Source of the DNA: Anolis carolinensis
Taxonomy: Eukaryota
Assembly: GCF_035594765.1 (NCBI RefSeq)
Contig: NC_085843.1
Location: forward strand, 100,603,971-100,667,970
Length of the DNA: 64,000 nucleotides
Direction of reading: 5' to 3'
Under the pieces are notes generated by a model, which worked only from the letters and a program-made list of their open reading frames with translations, made no database searches and was not told the DNA's origin. This document shows positions 1 to 12,508 of the stretch, piece after piece. A program made the position numbers and the translations under genes. The first letter of the stretch is position 1; every line of letters begins with the position of its first letter.

Positions 1-57
1 TCGCGCTCTCTCATCCATTTTAATTTTGGCTATTTCAACCTGTCTAAAGTGCTCTAA
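1..57 (-). CDS. OFD1: OFD1 exon 8 (5' part; runs off window start)
   Basis: Minus strand ...tttaaaacAG|TTA GAG CAC TTT AGA CAG GTT GAA ATA GCC AAA ATT AAA ATG = LEHFRQVEIAKIKMDERAR, resembling recalled human OFD1 LKFFKDTEIAKIKME; phase 0 matches exon 7. Confidence 0.85.
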
Positions 58-622
58 CTGTTTTAAACAAAATAAAAGGACATCTCATGTTTGTCAAGTA
101 AATAAATTAGATCACTTCTGATTGGTTGTTGCTAGTTAGCAGCTAGCAAGTTCCCACCAATATAGTAATGTGAAAAAGTGCAAATGCAAATTATTCTAAT
201 GCAACCCCAGTTTTGTTGGAAGGGTTCTAATACATTTGGTACTTAATATCATTTGTAGAATTCGTGAAACAAACAAGTTTTAGTTGGACGTTATTAACTG
301 TTACACAAATTGCAGGATAGACAGTGACCTTTTATGAAAAACAATTATTTCAATATTTATAAAAGATATTGAACACCTGAAAAATAAAAAGCTCAAAAAC
401 ATGTTTTTGACAGCAGCAAGACAAGAAATTACATGTTATTTGAAAATTGCAAATATTTGTGTATGAAGAAATGGTTATGTAAAGGCTGTAATGATGCTTA
501 AATGAAAAAAGTTAATGTCTAATATATAAATAAATTTGGGTCAATATGATAACCATTACTTCAGAATGTAAATGCAAATGAAATAACAGAAGCACTAGAC
601 CAAGTTACTCATATCTGACAAG

Positions 623-978
623 ATAATAATAAAAATAAAAATAATAACTTTATTTTTATACCCCGCCTCCATCTCCCCGAAGGCACTCGGGGCAGCTTAC
701 ATGGGGCCAAGCCCAAATAATAACAGTCATTGTAAAAAATACATCGAAGTAAAACATATCAATAAAACATATCAATAAAACATGGGTTGGATAAAAACAT
801 GAAACATGCATAAAAATGACTGGGCATAAAGTGCATACAGTGAGGAATGTAAACGAAAAGAAGTAGATTTGTTTTGAGAACAATGTATCTGTAACAAGAA
901 TGAATTCTAGAAAAATAATATTTTTTAAAAGAAAAGGATTCAAACTATAAAGAACTGTACACTGCATATAGAGAATTA
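623..978 (-). mobile_element. L2-type 3' end (AT-rich 3'UTR plus stem-loop tail)
   Basis: Reverse complement of the tail tgtaagctgccccgagt..ggggagatggaggcggggtataaaaataaagttattatt; same tail as the L2 at 51699-52384. Confidence 0.75.
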
Positions 979-999
979 CTGTTGTCTGGTTAAAGAGAA

Positions 1000-1870
1000 A
1001 AGGCAATGGGCACTTAAATGGAAAGAAGAGTCAGGGATAAAAGACTAGTTTAGCTCCTTCCAATTAGATGACGGATTTATGAAAGATGCTAGGGTAGGCT
1101 TCGCTTCTAAAACATTGAAATTAGAATGTATCTTTGAGAAGGCTAACAAAGGTCTAGTCTTCAAGCTTTATAAATATATATTCTAGAATATAATTTAGAA
1201 GACAACCAAATAAAAGCGGTTATGATTTCGTGGGCCAAGGACTTAGGAAGAAATATTCATTTGGAGGACTAAGACTACCTTTGGAAAAGGGAGTTAAAGT
1301 TTTCAATTGCTGGTTCAGTTAGGAAAAATATGTTTAAAATGTTTTTAGAAGTTATATAACTCCAGAGTTATTGGCCAAAATAGAGAAAACAGGGTGAGGG
1401 GCTTGCTGGAGGTGTAGGAGGCTGAAAGGATCTTTTTTCCCAAGTATAGTGGACCTGTAACATAGTTCTAAAATTCTAGAAAAAGTTAGTGAAAGAAACA
1501 AACAACATGATCACCAAAAAGGTCAAGAAAAACCCAGAAATGTATCTATTAGGATTATTTAGAGATGAAGAAATTTGTCAATATTGCTTTGTTGCGACAA
1601 GACTTATAATAGCCAAAACATTGGGGGGGGGGGGGGGAGAGAGAGCTAACTATTAAAGATTGGAGAGACAAATTATTAGATTATATCCAAATGGCCAGGC
1701 TGACAAATAGTAGTAGAGGAGGAAATATTGAAGAATTTGCAAACAAATGGAGGCTGGGACATGGTTATCTGGAAAAAACAAAGGTAGATTTGAAGATTGC
1801 CACAAAGGGGATTTAAAAAGAGTTACTCTTGTCTTGTGTTTTTGTTAGATGATTTGTTTATGTAATGCTG
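1000..1870 (+). mobile_element. Degraded L1-clade ORF2 3' end
   Basis: Remnant Cys-rich knuckle tgctggaggtgt...ggatcttttttcc...tggacctgt (CWRC..GSFF..WTC); many stops. Confidence 0.6.
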
Positions 1871-2709
1871 CAGTTTGTTTGAAGGGGGGGTGGATTAGTA
1901 TAATATAAAATTAAATTTAAAATGCTGCAACTTCTGTCTGCTGACTTAAAACCTCACATGTTCTCTTACCTTTCAATTTCATACTCTATTAGGCCTGAGG
2001 GCAGCATTCTGCTTGATACTATTAATGTTATACCCTGCCTTTCTCCCCATGGGGGAACTCAAGGCTGCTAACAATCCCAAACTTCTTCAAGTTTTAAAAG
2101 TGCAAAACAAAAGTTAAAAAACAATTAAATATTAACACTGTGATAAAAACAGATTTAAAATACAATAAATTCACTTAAAATAGCCTTCAAAATTCGCTTT
2201 CAGAATTCCAGAGGGCCCAAAATACTGTTCCCTCTGTATTTGAGACACACTTGTAGCCATTTGTTCACATGTTTAGAGGTCTGCCTGCCCCCCTTCTACA
2301 TGCTTTGTGTGGGCTGTCCACTTTCGAAAAGGGAAATAAAGACTCTGGAACTCCATGCCCAGGGAAGGCAGAATAGCCCCTCCCTGATATCAATTCAGCT
2401 ACAAACTAAAACCTTTTAATTCAGGCAAGCTTTTAAAGAAGGAAGTTTCAAAGATCAAGTTGGGGTACTGTGGTTTTAGCTATTAATAGATTTGTAATTT
2501 TAAGGGTTTAAACTGTTTATTTTTAACAAAGTTCACATTTAATTACATTTTAATGTTTGCATATTGTTAGGTTGTAATTGTATTGTGTTCATTGTGAGCC
2601 ACTTTGAGTCTCTTTTTTAGAGAGAAAAAGTGTGATATTATTATTAATAATATAAAAATGAAATCCCATGTAAAACTAGTATTTGCTATAATGTAACAAT
2701 CCTTCTCAC

Positions 2710-2846
2710 CTTTTGAGCCATTTCTGTGTGATGCTGGTGCTCTATTTCTTTTCTGTATTCGGCAAGTTTTACTTGTAAGGATTCAGATATATGGCGCTGA
2801 GGATACAGGTCTGCAAACTGTTCATCAATTAGTTGAAGTTTTTCAG
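2710..2846 (-). CDS. OFD1: OFD1 exon 7 (137 bp)
   Basis: AG|CT GAA AAA CTT ... CAA AAG|GTGAGA; encodes (A)[45 protein letters not shown]. Confidence 0.92.
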
Positions 2847-3048
2847 CTATAAAAATTGATTAATTACATTTATACCCTGCTTTTTTCTCAGTATAAAAAA
2901 AGCAGAATTTGATTATTGAGCTATTTCTACCCTGTGATAGAAAGCGTATCAAAATTAAATAAGAAAAAATATACAATAATAAGAAAGATAGAAAGATGTC
3001 TATAGTAACGTAAATCTATTCTCTAGCTCAAACAACTCACACTAAATA

Positions 3049-3364
3049 CAGTAGTCTCTCACTTATCCAACACTCGCTTATCCAACATTCTGGATTATCC
3101 AATACATTTTTGTAGTCAATGTTTTCAATATATCGTGATGTTTTGGTGCTAAATTTGTAAATACAGTAATTACAACATAGCATTACTGCGTATTGAACTA
3201 CTTTTTCTGTCAAATTTGTTGTATAGCATGTTGTTTTGGTGCTGAATTTGTAAAATCATAACCTAATTTGATGTTTAATAGGCTTTTTCTTGAGCTCTCC
3301 TTATTATATTCGCTTATCCAACGTTCTGCCAGCCCGTTTATGTTGGATAAGTGAGACTCTACTG
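3049..3364. mobile_element. Tc1/mariner-pogo (Tigger-like) MITE
   Basis: TIR CAGTAG..TCTCACTTATCCAAC / GTTGGATAAGTGAGACTCTACTG, TA flanks. Confidence 0.85.
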
Positions 3365-4307
3365 TACCAGCATTTTTCTCTACCTCATTCCTATCTTTTC
3401 TGGCTTCTTTGCATTGGCTTCTGCTCTGTCTATTAAGCCAAATCATCTCTGTATTTGTTTCCTATTCTATTCAGTGCTGTTCTGCCTGCATATATGAACA
3501 GGATATGGTAGTGAGTAACCCATTTTTGACAGAAAATCAATTGCTGGAAATCAGAAGAATCGAGAACAGCTTTGGTCAGTGAGGGATGCCTTTAGAATCC
3601 TGCCAGTATGTAACTGGCCATTTCTAGGGGTGGGGAATAGCATGCCTCTCATATTTATGCTGCATTCGTAAATATTTAGATAATACCAGTCTTTCGTAAA
3701 AACAATACACAACAAGCACACCACTGTCAATTATGTTTTCTGTCATAAAAATTAATAATGATGTGGTGATGAAATAAGTGTGGATTCTTGCACTTGCTTA
3801 TATTCATAGTGAATAACACTGGAGTTTAGCAAATACCTTTTCCTAACAACATTTCCTAACAACAATTTCTCCAACATTGAAATTACAGTGAACCCTTGAT
3901 ATTCACTTGGGTTTGGTTCCAAGATGCCCAAAATCCAGGGATGTTTAAGCCCCATTATATACAATAGCATAACAAAATGGCATCCCTAATATAAAATGGA
4001 AAAGAACTCAAACAAATGCTGGAAATAGTCTAAGGATCTCTGAAAAGGTGGGAGACTGCACCAGAGTATGCCTATATAGTTCCCAGCATGCTGCAAAATT
4101 AAGAATGGCTTTTGATGTTTGTTTGTTTTTAATTGAAACTATAGCTATTGAATCCATGAACCATGGATATAGATTGTATGTGTACACATGTAGTAATTAG
4201 TGAACTAAAACTAATTGTATTAAAAAAAAACAGCTCCAAAACAAATTCTATTATTAAAGCTGGATGCATACATTCAAAGGTGGACACACAGCTAAAACTT
4301 CACTTAC

Positions 4308-4412
4308 CAAGAGATTCTTTCCCAGGCAATGGACTTGTCTGTGTTCCTATGCTACAGTTCTCCTTATTTAAGTTATGTTCTGTCAACTCTGTCAAAATCT
4401 GTATAAGAAAGC
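4308..4412 (-). CDS. OFD1: OFD1 exon 6 (105 bp)
   Basis: AG|GC TTT CTT ... TCT CTT G|GTAAGT; (G)FLIQILTELTEHNLNKENCSIGTQTSPLPGKESL; phases fit neighbouring exons. Confidence 0.9.
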
Positions 4413-5968
4413 CTTAGAAAAGTAGTATTAACCATGTATTTCTGCAGCAACAAGGGATGTTTTCAAATTTGACATAACAATCAACATTTTTGCAACAGTT
4501 ACACTGTGTCAATGAGCAAGTAGAAGTTCAAAAAATCTCAAGGGAAAAGGTTTTTCAAAAATATATTATCTCAGTTACAAAAAACATTTCCAACTCTTTG
4601 AATAAACTTGACCAAGCAGCAACTTGCCTCTTCAGGATGTGGTAGAGTAGAAATGTAAACAGAAAATCCACCCTCCACACTGTTCATACAGTGTATTGAC
4701 ACATGAATTTTAATACTGTTTTTATTCGAGCCTTTTTTGGCTAAATGATCTTGCCAAAATTGGGATGTGTATTAGATTCACGCCATATAGTAATGTGCAG
4801 GGCCAAAGCAAAAGGGGAACCTGCTTCAGGAGTTGCATTTGGAACTTTTCTTTGAGGAATGTCATCTCTAATTTAATGGTCATGGCTCAATGCTATGCAA
4901 TCCTGGGATTTGTAGTTTGGTGAGGCACCAGCCTTCTTTGGCAGGGAAGGCTCAAAACATTGTCAAACTACATGTCCCATGATTCCATGGCATTGAGCAA
5001 GTAGCAACTGTAATGCACAATTTTTTTGGTCAAATTACAAAAAAGAGCGCACCTTTAACTGCTGCACATTACATTCGGCAGCAAATACCTTAGATTTGAT
5101 GGTTCATTAGACTCACGTTAATACAGGTACTATCTTTAATCTATTGAACTCCTGAAATGCTACTCCCTCACACTCTGCTGTTTAACTCATACAAAATTGA
5201 GATATTAGACCAAGGCTTCTTAAACTTTTCCACTCAGGGCCCCTTTTGGCACAAGAATCTTTTACATTTATATAAAATAGGTATGAAAATAAAACATTTT
5301 ACTCCAGCAAGATGGGGTTAAAACTCCATCACTGGTTCGTTTTGTTTTTTTTACTAGAAGTATTTTTATGTGGGGAAAGAATGTATTAATGGTTCTTTTC
5401 ATTTAATGGGTACAGAAAATTGAGAGAATATAACCATCAGACAGAAAATGTAAAACCTTTCATTTAGATAATGTAGATTGCATGTAATTAATGTTTAGTA
5501 ATAGTAATGCTTTCTTTTATTCTAGAAAAAGTATTTTAACTTTGATTCTGTTTGTAAGTTGGTATATAGGTTTTGTATTAATTTATCTAAATAAAAATAA
5601 ATTTTCAAAAATCAAACATTTTACTGATAACAAATTAGCATTTGCAAAACATGCTAAACAGGTGATCTCCTTTTTTGCAGAGTACAGCTGATGCATCTTC
5701 TGTAAAGTTTACTGCATACACTATAAATTGCTGCTAACAGATTTGTGCAAATGGGTGGTATTCAGAAACCTTTTTTTGGGCAACCCCAACATTGGGACCC
5801 ACAGTTTCAGAAGCAGCATGTTAGACAATGTTAACACTAGATAATACAAAGCCATCTTAGAAGTTTTATTTCAACCCAGAAATCTATTCATTTAAATAAA
5901 ACAAATGGTACTATGGATCAGGAACTACATTTTCGGTATTTGTAAACGTATATATATTACTGCCATAC

Positions 5969-5999
5969 CTTTTGTATTATCCTTTTTTGAAGCAGAAAC
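5969..5999 (-). CDS. OFD1: OFD1 exon 5 (31 bp)
   Basis: AG|GTT TCT GCT TCA AAA AAG GAT AAT ACA AAA G|GTATGG = VSASKKDNTK(G); restores frame between exons 4 and 6. Confidence 0.85.
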
Positions 6000-6088
6000 C
6001 TATAATCACAAAACAATTAATTCAAACTTTAAACATTTAATTCATCACAAAAATGTCATCTAGAAGCAAGACTAGAATAAGATTTTAC

Positions 6089-6157
6089 CAGCGTTTTATA
6101 GAGGTCAGTTTTTGGATTGATCCTGATCAATTGCAGCAGGTCTTCCATTGTTAGCAC
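6089..6157 (-). CDS. OFD1: OFD1 exon 4 (69 bp)
   Basis: AG|GTG CTA ACA ATG ... ACG CTG|GTAAAA = VLTMEDLLQLIRINPKTDLYKTL. Confidence 0.92.
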
Positions 6158-6337
6158 CTTTGTAAGAAAAGAAAGAAATATCTTCAATATATGTGATAAT
6201 CCGCAATGTCAACAAAGAGGTTATGGGCTAGAGAAGGTGTCAAACTCATTTTCACCAAGGGCTGCACCAACCTTAAGGTTACTTTCCAAAGGTTGTTGAA
6301 TCCATGGATACAGAAGGCCAACTATATATATAAGTAA

Positions 6338-6647
6338 GGTAAGGTAAAGGTTTTCCCCTAACATTAAGTACATTCTTGTCCGACTCTGGGGGTTGGTACT
6401 CATCTCCATTTCTAAGCTGAAGAGCCAGCATTGTCCGTAGACACCTCCAAGGTCATGTGGCTGGCATGACTGCACGGAGTGCCGTTACCTTCCCTCCAGA
6501 GCGGTACCTATTGATCTACTCACATTTGCATGTTTTCAAACTGCTAGGTTGGCAGAAGCTGTGGCTAACTCCGCTCACTCCGCTCTCCAGATTCGAACTT
6601 GCGACCATTTGGTCCGCAAATTCAGCAGTTCAGTGCTTTAACACGCT
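6338..6647 (-). mobile_element. Sauria-type SINE with (ACCTTT) tail
   Basis: aaggtaaaggttttcccc tail and SINE body; truncated by the assembly gap. Confidence 0.8.
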
Positions 6648-6779
6648 NNNNNNNNNNNNNNNNNNNNNNNNNNNNNNNNNNNNNNNNNNNNNNNNNNNNN
6701 NNNNNNNNNNNNNNNNNNNNNNNNNNNNNNNNNNNNNNNNNNNNNNNNNNNNNNNNNNNNNNNNNNNNNNNNNNNNNNN
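6648..6779. other. Assembly gap (132 N)
   Basis: Run of n. Confidence 1.
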
Positions 6780-7790
6780 CGCATTGCTGTGGCCAATTGG
6801 AATGGCACTGAATAGTCTCGCTGCTTCAAAGCCTGGCCGCTTTCTATATAGGTGCATCCTTCCTTAGGCAGGTTGAATGGGACAGAGTAGCCTCTTGGCT
6901 TCAAAACCTGAGGGTTTTCTATCTAGGGGAAATCTTGGTTAGCCAGGTTGAACAGCACTGAATAGCCTTGCTGCTTGCAAGCCTGGCCGCTTTCTACGTT
7001 GTGGAATTCTTGTTTGGCCAGGTCAAATAGCAATGAATAGTCTCAGTGCAGCAAGTATGAATGCTGCAATTAGTTACCTTGATTAGCATTTAATAGCCTT
7101 GCAGCTTTAAAGCCTGGCTGCTTCCTGCCTGTTGGGAGGTGTTAGCTGGCCCTGATGGTTTCCTGTCTTGAATTCCCCTGTCTTCTAAGTGTTTTTCTTT
7201 ATTTACTGTCCTGATTTTAGAGATTATATTGTTCTGTATTATTATACCACAGTAATTATTACATATTATATTTATAATCTTATATTATCTGCATAAAACA
7301 GGATTATATGAGGCCCCTTCTACACAACTGTTTAAAATCCACACTGAACTGGATTATATGGCAATGTGAACTCAAGATAATCCAGTTCAAAGCAGATAAT
7401 TCTGCCCTGGCATTCAGGGTTATATAGGTGTGTGGTAGGGCCTTGAGTCTACACTGCCATATAATCCAGTTCAAATCAGATAATCTGTATTTTATAGGCA
7501 GTGTAGAAGAGGCCCGATTGAAGCGGCCCTGGGCGCCATTAAATGGCTGAGTGGGTTGCTAGGAGACAAGGTGGGCAGAGCTTAGCCTTCTAACTGGCAG
7601 CAATGGGGAAAACAGTTCTTCCTCTTCCTCTAATTAGGACTTTATTTTTATTGTTTTTGTATTTAAAGACGTATTTTGGATGACTATGTCTTTTGTGGCC
7701 AAATTTGGTGTGATTTGGTTCAGTGGCTTTGTTGTTTATTCCAAAATAAAATGAACATAACATTTTTCTCTCTATATATATGAATATATA
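6780..7790. mobile_element. Composite repeat: internal tandem units, Penelope-derived piece and MITE pieces; possibly Helitron-like
   Basis: Repeated gctgcttcaaagcctggccgc units, Penelope terminal sequence 7060-7220, ggccccttctacac MITE pieces; family assignment weak. Confidence 0.4.
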
Positions 7791-8466
7791 TACATGAATA
7801 AACATAGCTGCTCTTTAGTTTTCACCAAGTTTGGGTTTCCAACAACTGCCATCACTTTTAATTATCAGCCATTCGGACTGGGATAATGGGAACTGCAACC
7901 TATCAAAACTTGTGGTTCAGAGGTTAGGGAAAGGTTAAAGAACACATATCCACAAGTCTTGCATCTAAATTCAACCCCCACTCTCCTGACTAAACAGAAA
8001 AAAATCAGTCTTCCAGATATTACTGTATGACAACTCCCATCAGTTCAAGTCATGCTGTCTAAGAATACAGGAGTTGTAGGTCAGCATCTGGATTTGGCCC
8101 GCAGGCCTTGAGTTTGATCCGCAGGCCTTGACATGTGGGCTACAGCTATAAAAACAAAATTGTGATAATGATTTAAATTCCAGTCACTGTATGAGATTTA
8201 TAGTAAACAGTGTTCCCTCCATTTATTTTCTTTCTTCTATCGCCCAAAGTACGCTCATAAACAACTACGATTCCCCACTGCTATGGATATCTCACCTGAC
8301 CACTTTTCTTCAAATTGTACATACTAAAACATATTAGATCTTTTGTAACTTGAACATTTCAGTGTTTGCTGCCTTGCTCTCTCTCACACACACCATCCTA
8401 CAGGATATGTGGCATCTACCCTTCCCTCATTCCTGTCTTTCAGATCTTCCACTGAGTCACAGCACA

Positions 8467-8794
8467 TAATTCTCTATATGCAGTGTACAGTTCCTTATAG
8501 TTTGAGTCCTTTTCTTTTAAAAAATATTTTTTCTAGAATTCATTCTTGTTACAGACACATTGTTCTCAAAAGATATCTACTTCTTTTTTTTTACATTCCT
8601 CACTGTATGCACTTTATGCCCAGTCATTTTTATGCATGTTTCATGTTTTTATCCAACCCATGTTTAATTGAGATGTTTTATTGATTTGTTTTACTTTAAT
8701 GTGTTTTTTACAATGACTGTTATTATTTGGGCTTGGCCCCATGTAAGCCGCCCCGAGTTCCCTCGGGGAGATGGAGGCGGGGTATAAAATTAAA

Positions 8795-8846
<52 letters not shown>
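8467..8846 (+). mobile_element. L2-type 3' end with (TTA)n tail
   Basis: Near-identical reverse complement of 623-978; ends in (TTA)n 8797-8846. Confidence 0.8.
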
Positions 8847-8847
<1 letters not shown>

Positions 8848-9791
8848 CCCCAAACTATGCTTGGGAAACTGTCTAAACTTGCCCCAACATGTCATCATTC
8901 TATGGACAGAATCCCTTTCACCTGCCACTGTGCAGCATGGATAAAGTCTACCATTTAAGATAACACACTTCCTACCAAGCTTTTTGCAGACCTCCTTCTG
9001 CTAAGACTGCACTTTTTTCTGGAAAACAACAGACATTGAACTGCCTCTTCCTGAAGACTCCATGAGAAATAATTCACCATTTCAGTAAGTAAAGCCAAAA
9101 AAAATTTTAAACATGTTTTTGAAAATTGTTTTTCAAAATCAGTATTAGACTACAGATGTTTTCTGGGTTTTGTTTCAGGGTTTTTTTTCTTTTGGTTTTT
9201 TTTTGGAGGGGAGGGGAGCTTTCAGACATTCTATGTTGAAAGTTCCACACAGAAACCATCAGAGGGCTCTACAGAAGTAATCCTCATGTTGAGATTCATA
9301 ACTCACATATGCATTCATCTAATCATATACATATTAGATGTCTACTCCTAAGAAAAGCAGTTTCATCTGTTCCCTATTGCTCAAAACTGAACAAACTTGC
9401 TTAACTGGTCATTGTGGTACTCTAATGGTGCACAATCATTTGCCACTTTACCATATGCCGCTTTACTATCACCATTCAGACAAAGACGCTATCCAGTATA
9501 TTGTATACATAGTTCCATAACGTCTATGTCTCCACTCTTGTACATTCTTTGTACACAGTTTCCCCTTCTTGTAACACATCATTCTATAAAAGAGCGGTGA
9601 TAGATTGCACCAGCAGCTACCATATCTACTACCACATCAATATTAGATTAATGAAGAGGAGGTCCCACAAATGAATCTTTTGGCAAAAGATGGGGTTCAG
9701 CAAACAGACTGTTTTAGACAATACTGAGTTAGAAGCATGCTAAGCACAAAGCTTAATTTCACATGTCTTTCAGAACAGGGAAAAAACTTAC

Positions 9792-9992
9792 CTTATCTAT
9801 TTCTAGTCCACTTTCTGGATAGAAGACAGAGAGTGAATATTCATAGCCACATCGACGCAGGTGATCTGCCACCAAACTGTTTGAAGCACCAATTATCAAT
9901 GAACTGCACTCATGAGAAACGGCTTGTGGTTGAATTTCTCCTCTTAAAGCTGGATTCATTAATTCATGTATGAGTTGGTTTCGCAGCTGTGT
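9792..9992 (-). CDS. OFD1: OFD1 exon 3 (201 bp, LisH motif)
   Basis: AG|ACA CAG CTG ... GAT AAG|GTAAGT = [21 protein letters not shown]...[33 protein letters not shown]; LisH-like segment characteristic of the OFD1 N-terminus. Confidence 0.95.
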
Positions 9993-10449
9993 CTAGAAAA
10001 CAGAAAAATAGTTTCATATTCCTGTCAATTTCGGATGCCGTCTGATAGCAGTAGAGCAAAAACATTTAATGGAATAAAAATTACATTTTCTGTAATATTA
10101 GCCATTAAACCTAAATCTAAGATTTGAGTTAAACAGCAATACAAAAGACTGTATTTTTATCAAGTTCACAGCCCACTTTCAATAGCTGCTTTGAGTCCCC
10201 TTTGGGAGAGATAAAGCGGGTTATAAATAAATGTACTGTTAATGATAATAATGGTTTCTTATTCTCAAAATTTATAGAAAGATCCTTGAGTCTGATCTTG
10301 CAGGTGACAAACTCTGTAACACCACATGCAACAGTGTCTAAGAGTAGTGTTACATTGATAATCTGTTGGGACTGGAAGCTGCTTTCAGTCTCCACGGGGA
10401 GAAAGAGGGGTATAAATAAAGTGAATAATAATAAATCTATAATAATAGG

Positions 10450-10737
10450 GTTTTGGAGCACAATACTCCTGACCTCACGATCATGTTAAAAAACAAAGTA
10501 TGGATTGAGGAGAAACAACTGGAAAAGCTGACACAATATGAGGATTTAAAGATCGAATTGCAAAGACCTTGGCCTGCACTTAAACACAATTGGTGCTGAC
10601 AAAATTACCATCTGCCAGCTGCAGAAGGCCACCTTGCTGGGATCTGCACGCATTATTCACTTGGGAAGTGTCCGATGTGTGATCCAAGACAACAGCCAGC
10701 AGAGTGTCTGCTGTGGACTCATCTCGTTGTATTCCAA

Positions 10738-10782
<45 letters not shown>
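10450..10782 (+). mobile_element. Internally deleted R4/Dong-type fragment followed by (TTA)n
   Basis: Pieces parallel the 10920-11392 element (gagcacaatactcctgac, gatttaaagatcgaattgcaaagac, tctgccagctgcagaaggccacc). Confidence 0.7.
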
Positions 10783-10783
<1 letters not shown>

Positions 10784-10919
10784 GTACCACCTCCCAGCAG
10801 CAAAGAACTGGTGGGATGACAAACCTACAAAAGTATTATTGTATATTGTAAGCCGCCCTGAGTCCCCTGATGGGTGAGAAGGGCGGGGTAGAAATGATGT
10901 AATAAATAAATAATAAATA

Positions 10920-11392
10920 TTAGAAAATGAGCACGCAAAGATACTGTGGGACTTCCGAATCCAGACTGACAAAGTTCTGGAACACAACACACCAGACATC
11001 ACAGTTGTGGAAAAGAAAAAGGTTTGGATCATTGATGTTGCCATCCCAGGTGACAGTCGCATTGATGAAAAACAACAGGAAAAACTCAGCCGCTATCAGG
11101 ACCTCAAGATTGAACTTCAAAGACTCTGGCAGAAACCAGTGCAGGTGATCCCGGTGGTGATGGGCACACTGGGTGCCATGCCGAAAGATCTCAGCCAGCA
11201 TTTGGAAACAATAGACATTGACAAAATTACGATCTGCCAACTGCAAAAGGCCACCCTACTGAGATCTGCATGCATCATCCGAAAATACATCACACAGTCC
11301 TAGACACTTGGGAAGTGTTCGACTTGTGATTTTGTGAAACGAAATCCAGCATGTCTATCTTGTTTGCTGTGTCATACAATAAAATAATAATA
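10920..11392 (+). mobile_element. R4/Dong-clade non-LTR retrotransposon 3' end (restriction-like endonuclease)
   Basis: Open frame 10920-11303 ENEHAKILWDFRIQTDKVLEHNTPDITVVEKKKVWIIDVAIP..EKLSRYQDL (PD..D..K RLE); TAA-rich flanks. Confidence 0.85.
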
Positions 11393-11914
11393 GCTTTATT
11401 CTTATATCCCTCCCCATCTCCCCAAGCGGACTCAGGGTGGTTTACATGGGGACCAAGCACAGTAATACTGCAATAAACTATATCAACATAAAATACATTT
11501 CAATTACAATGAACACATAAAAACATATAAGATATCATTAAACGTAATTCAACAACAACCAATAACCGATAGCCAAGCGCAATGGGCACGTTCAGAGCTA
11601 GAGGCAATAATAGGAAATATGCAATAGTAATACAGTGCAGAGGCTGGGTATTAAGGTAGAGGTAGAAGGGCTAAGTCAAGTTGTATCCGATTAATCAAAG
11701 GCATATTGGTATAATCAAATTTTCAGGTCTTTCCAGAAGGTGGCCAAGGTGGGGGCTATTTATAATTTATGTCGATTTTTAGTTCCTCTGTTGTTTTTCC
11801 TATGGACTGCTCCTTGTTGTACTGTATTATACATAAAATACATTACTGTCTTTGAAAAAGATTCCACCTAAATATTGGAAACAACGGTAAGACAGTAAGA
11901 TTTGTACGGCAGGT

Positions 11915-12068
11915 TAATATGCTGCCTCCTTGTAGTCGTGGAGTCTCCTCCACAGTTTTTAGACAGAGGCTGAATGGACATCTGTTGAGAGTGCTTTGAT
12001 TGTGTTTTCCTGCATGGCAGAAGGGAGTTGGAGTCAATGGTCCTTGTGATCTCTTCCAATTCTATTAC
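11915..12068 (+). mobile_element. CR1 3' end fragment
   Basis: cagaggctgaatggacatctg...ctcttccaattctatt matches the CR1 tail at 60360-60480. Confidence 0.7.
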
Positions 12069-12333
12069 TCAATCCAGTTTCTAATGGGAAATAGTAAACG
12101 TTTCCCACAAACAAAAAGGCTATTCCCCAACTAATTACATACACTTCATATTACTGATAATGTACTATAAAGATGCATACACTTACTTTGAATGGCTTAG
12201 AATCAGGTCTGAGCAACATTTACAGAGCTCCACATTCCATTATTATTATTGTATACATAGGCCCATTTAGCACTAGTCTGTCTTCAAATAATTTTGAAGT
12301 TAAATATTTAATTCTACAAATATTTAAAACTAA

Positions 12334-12457
12334 CGTGTCGTCGAAGGCTTTCATGGCCGGGATCACAGGGTTGTTGTATGTCTTTCGGGCTGTGTGGCCA
12401 TGTTCCAGAACATGTTCTGGAACATGGCCACACAGCCCGAAAGACATACAACAACCC
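12334..12457. mobile_element. Penelope-derived 124-bp insertion forming a perfect palindrome
   Basis: Penelope terminal sequence folded on itself; TSD ATTTAAAACTAA at 12322-12333 and 12458-12469. Confidence 0.9.
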
Positions 12458-12508
12458 ATTTAAAACTAAGTTTACTATGATTTTTATCATGTAGAATTTT
12501 TTAAAAAC

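Noticed and set aside
1960-2030. Strong minus-strand donor GAAAG|GTAAGAG in OFD1 intron 7
   Set aside because: Exons 7 and 8 already join in frame; no matching acceptor or OFD1-like translation found.
6457-6904. ORFs spanning the N run
   Set aside because: Artefacts of the assembly gap and SINE sequence.
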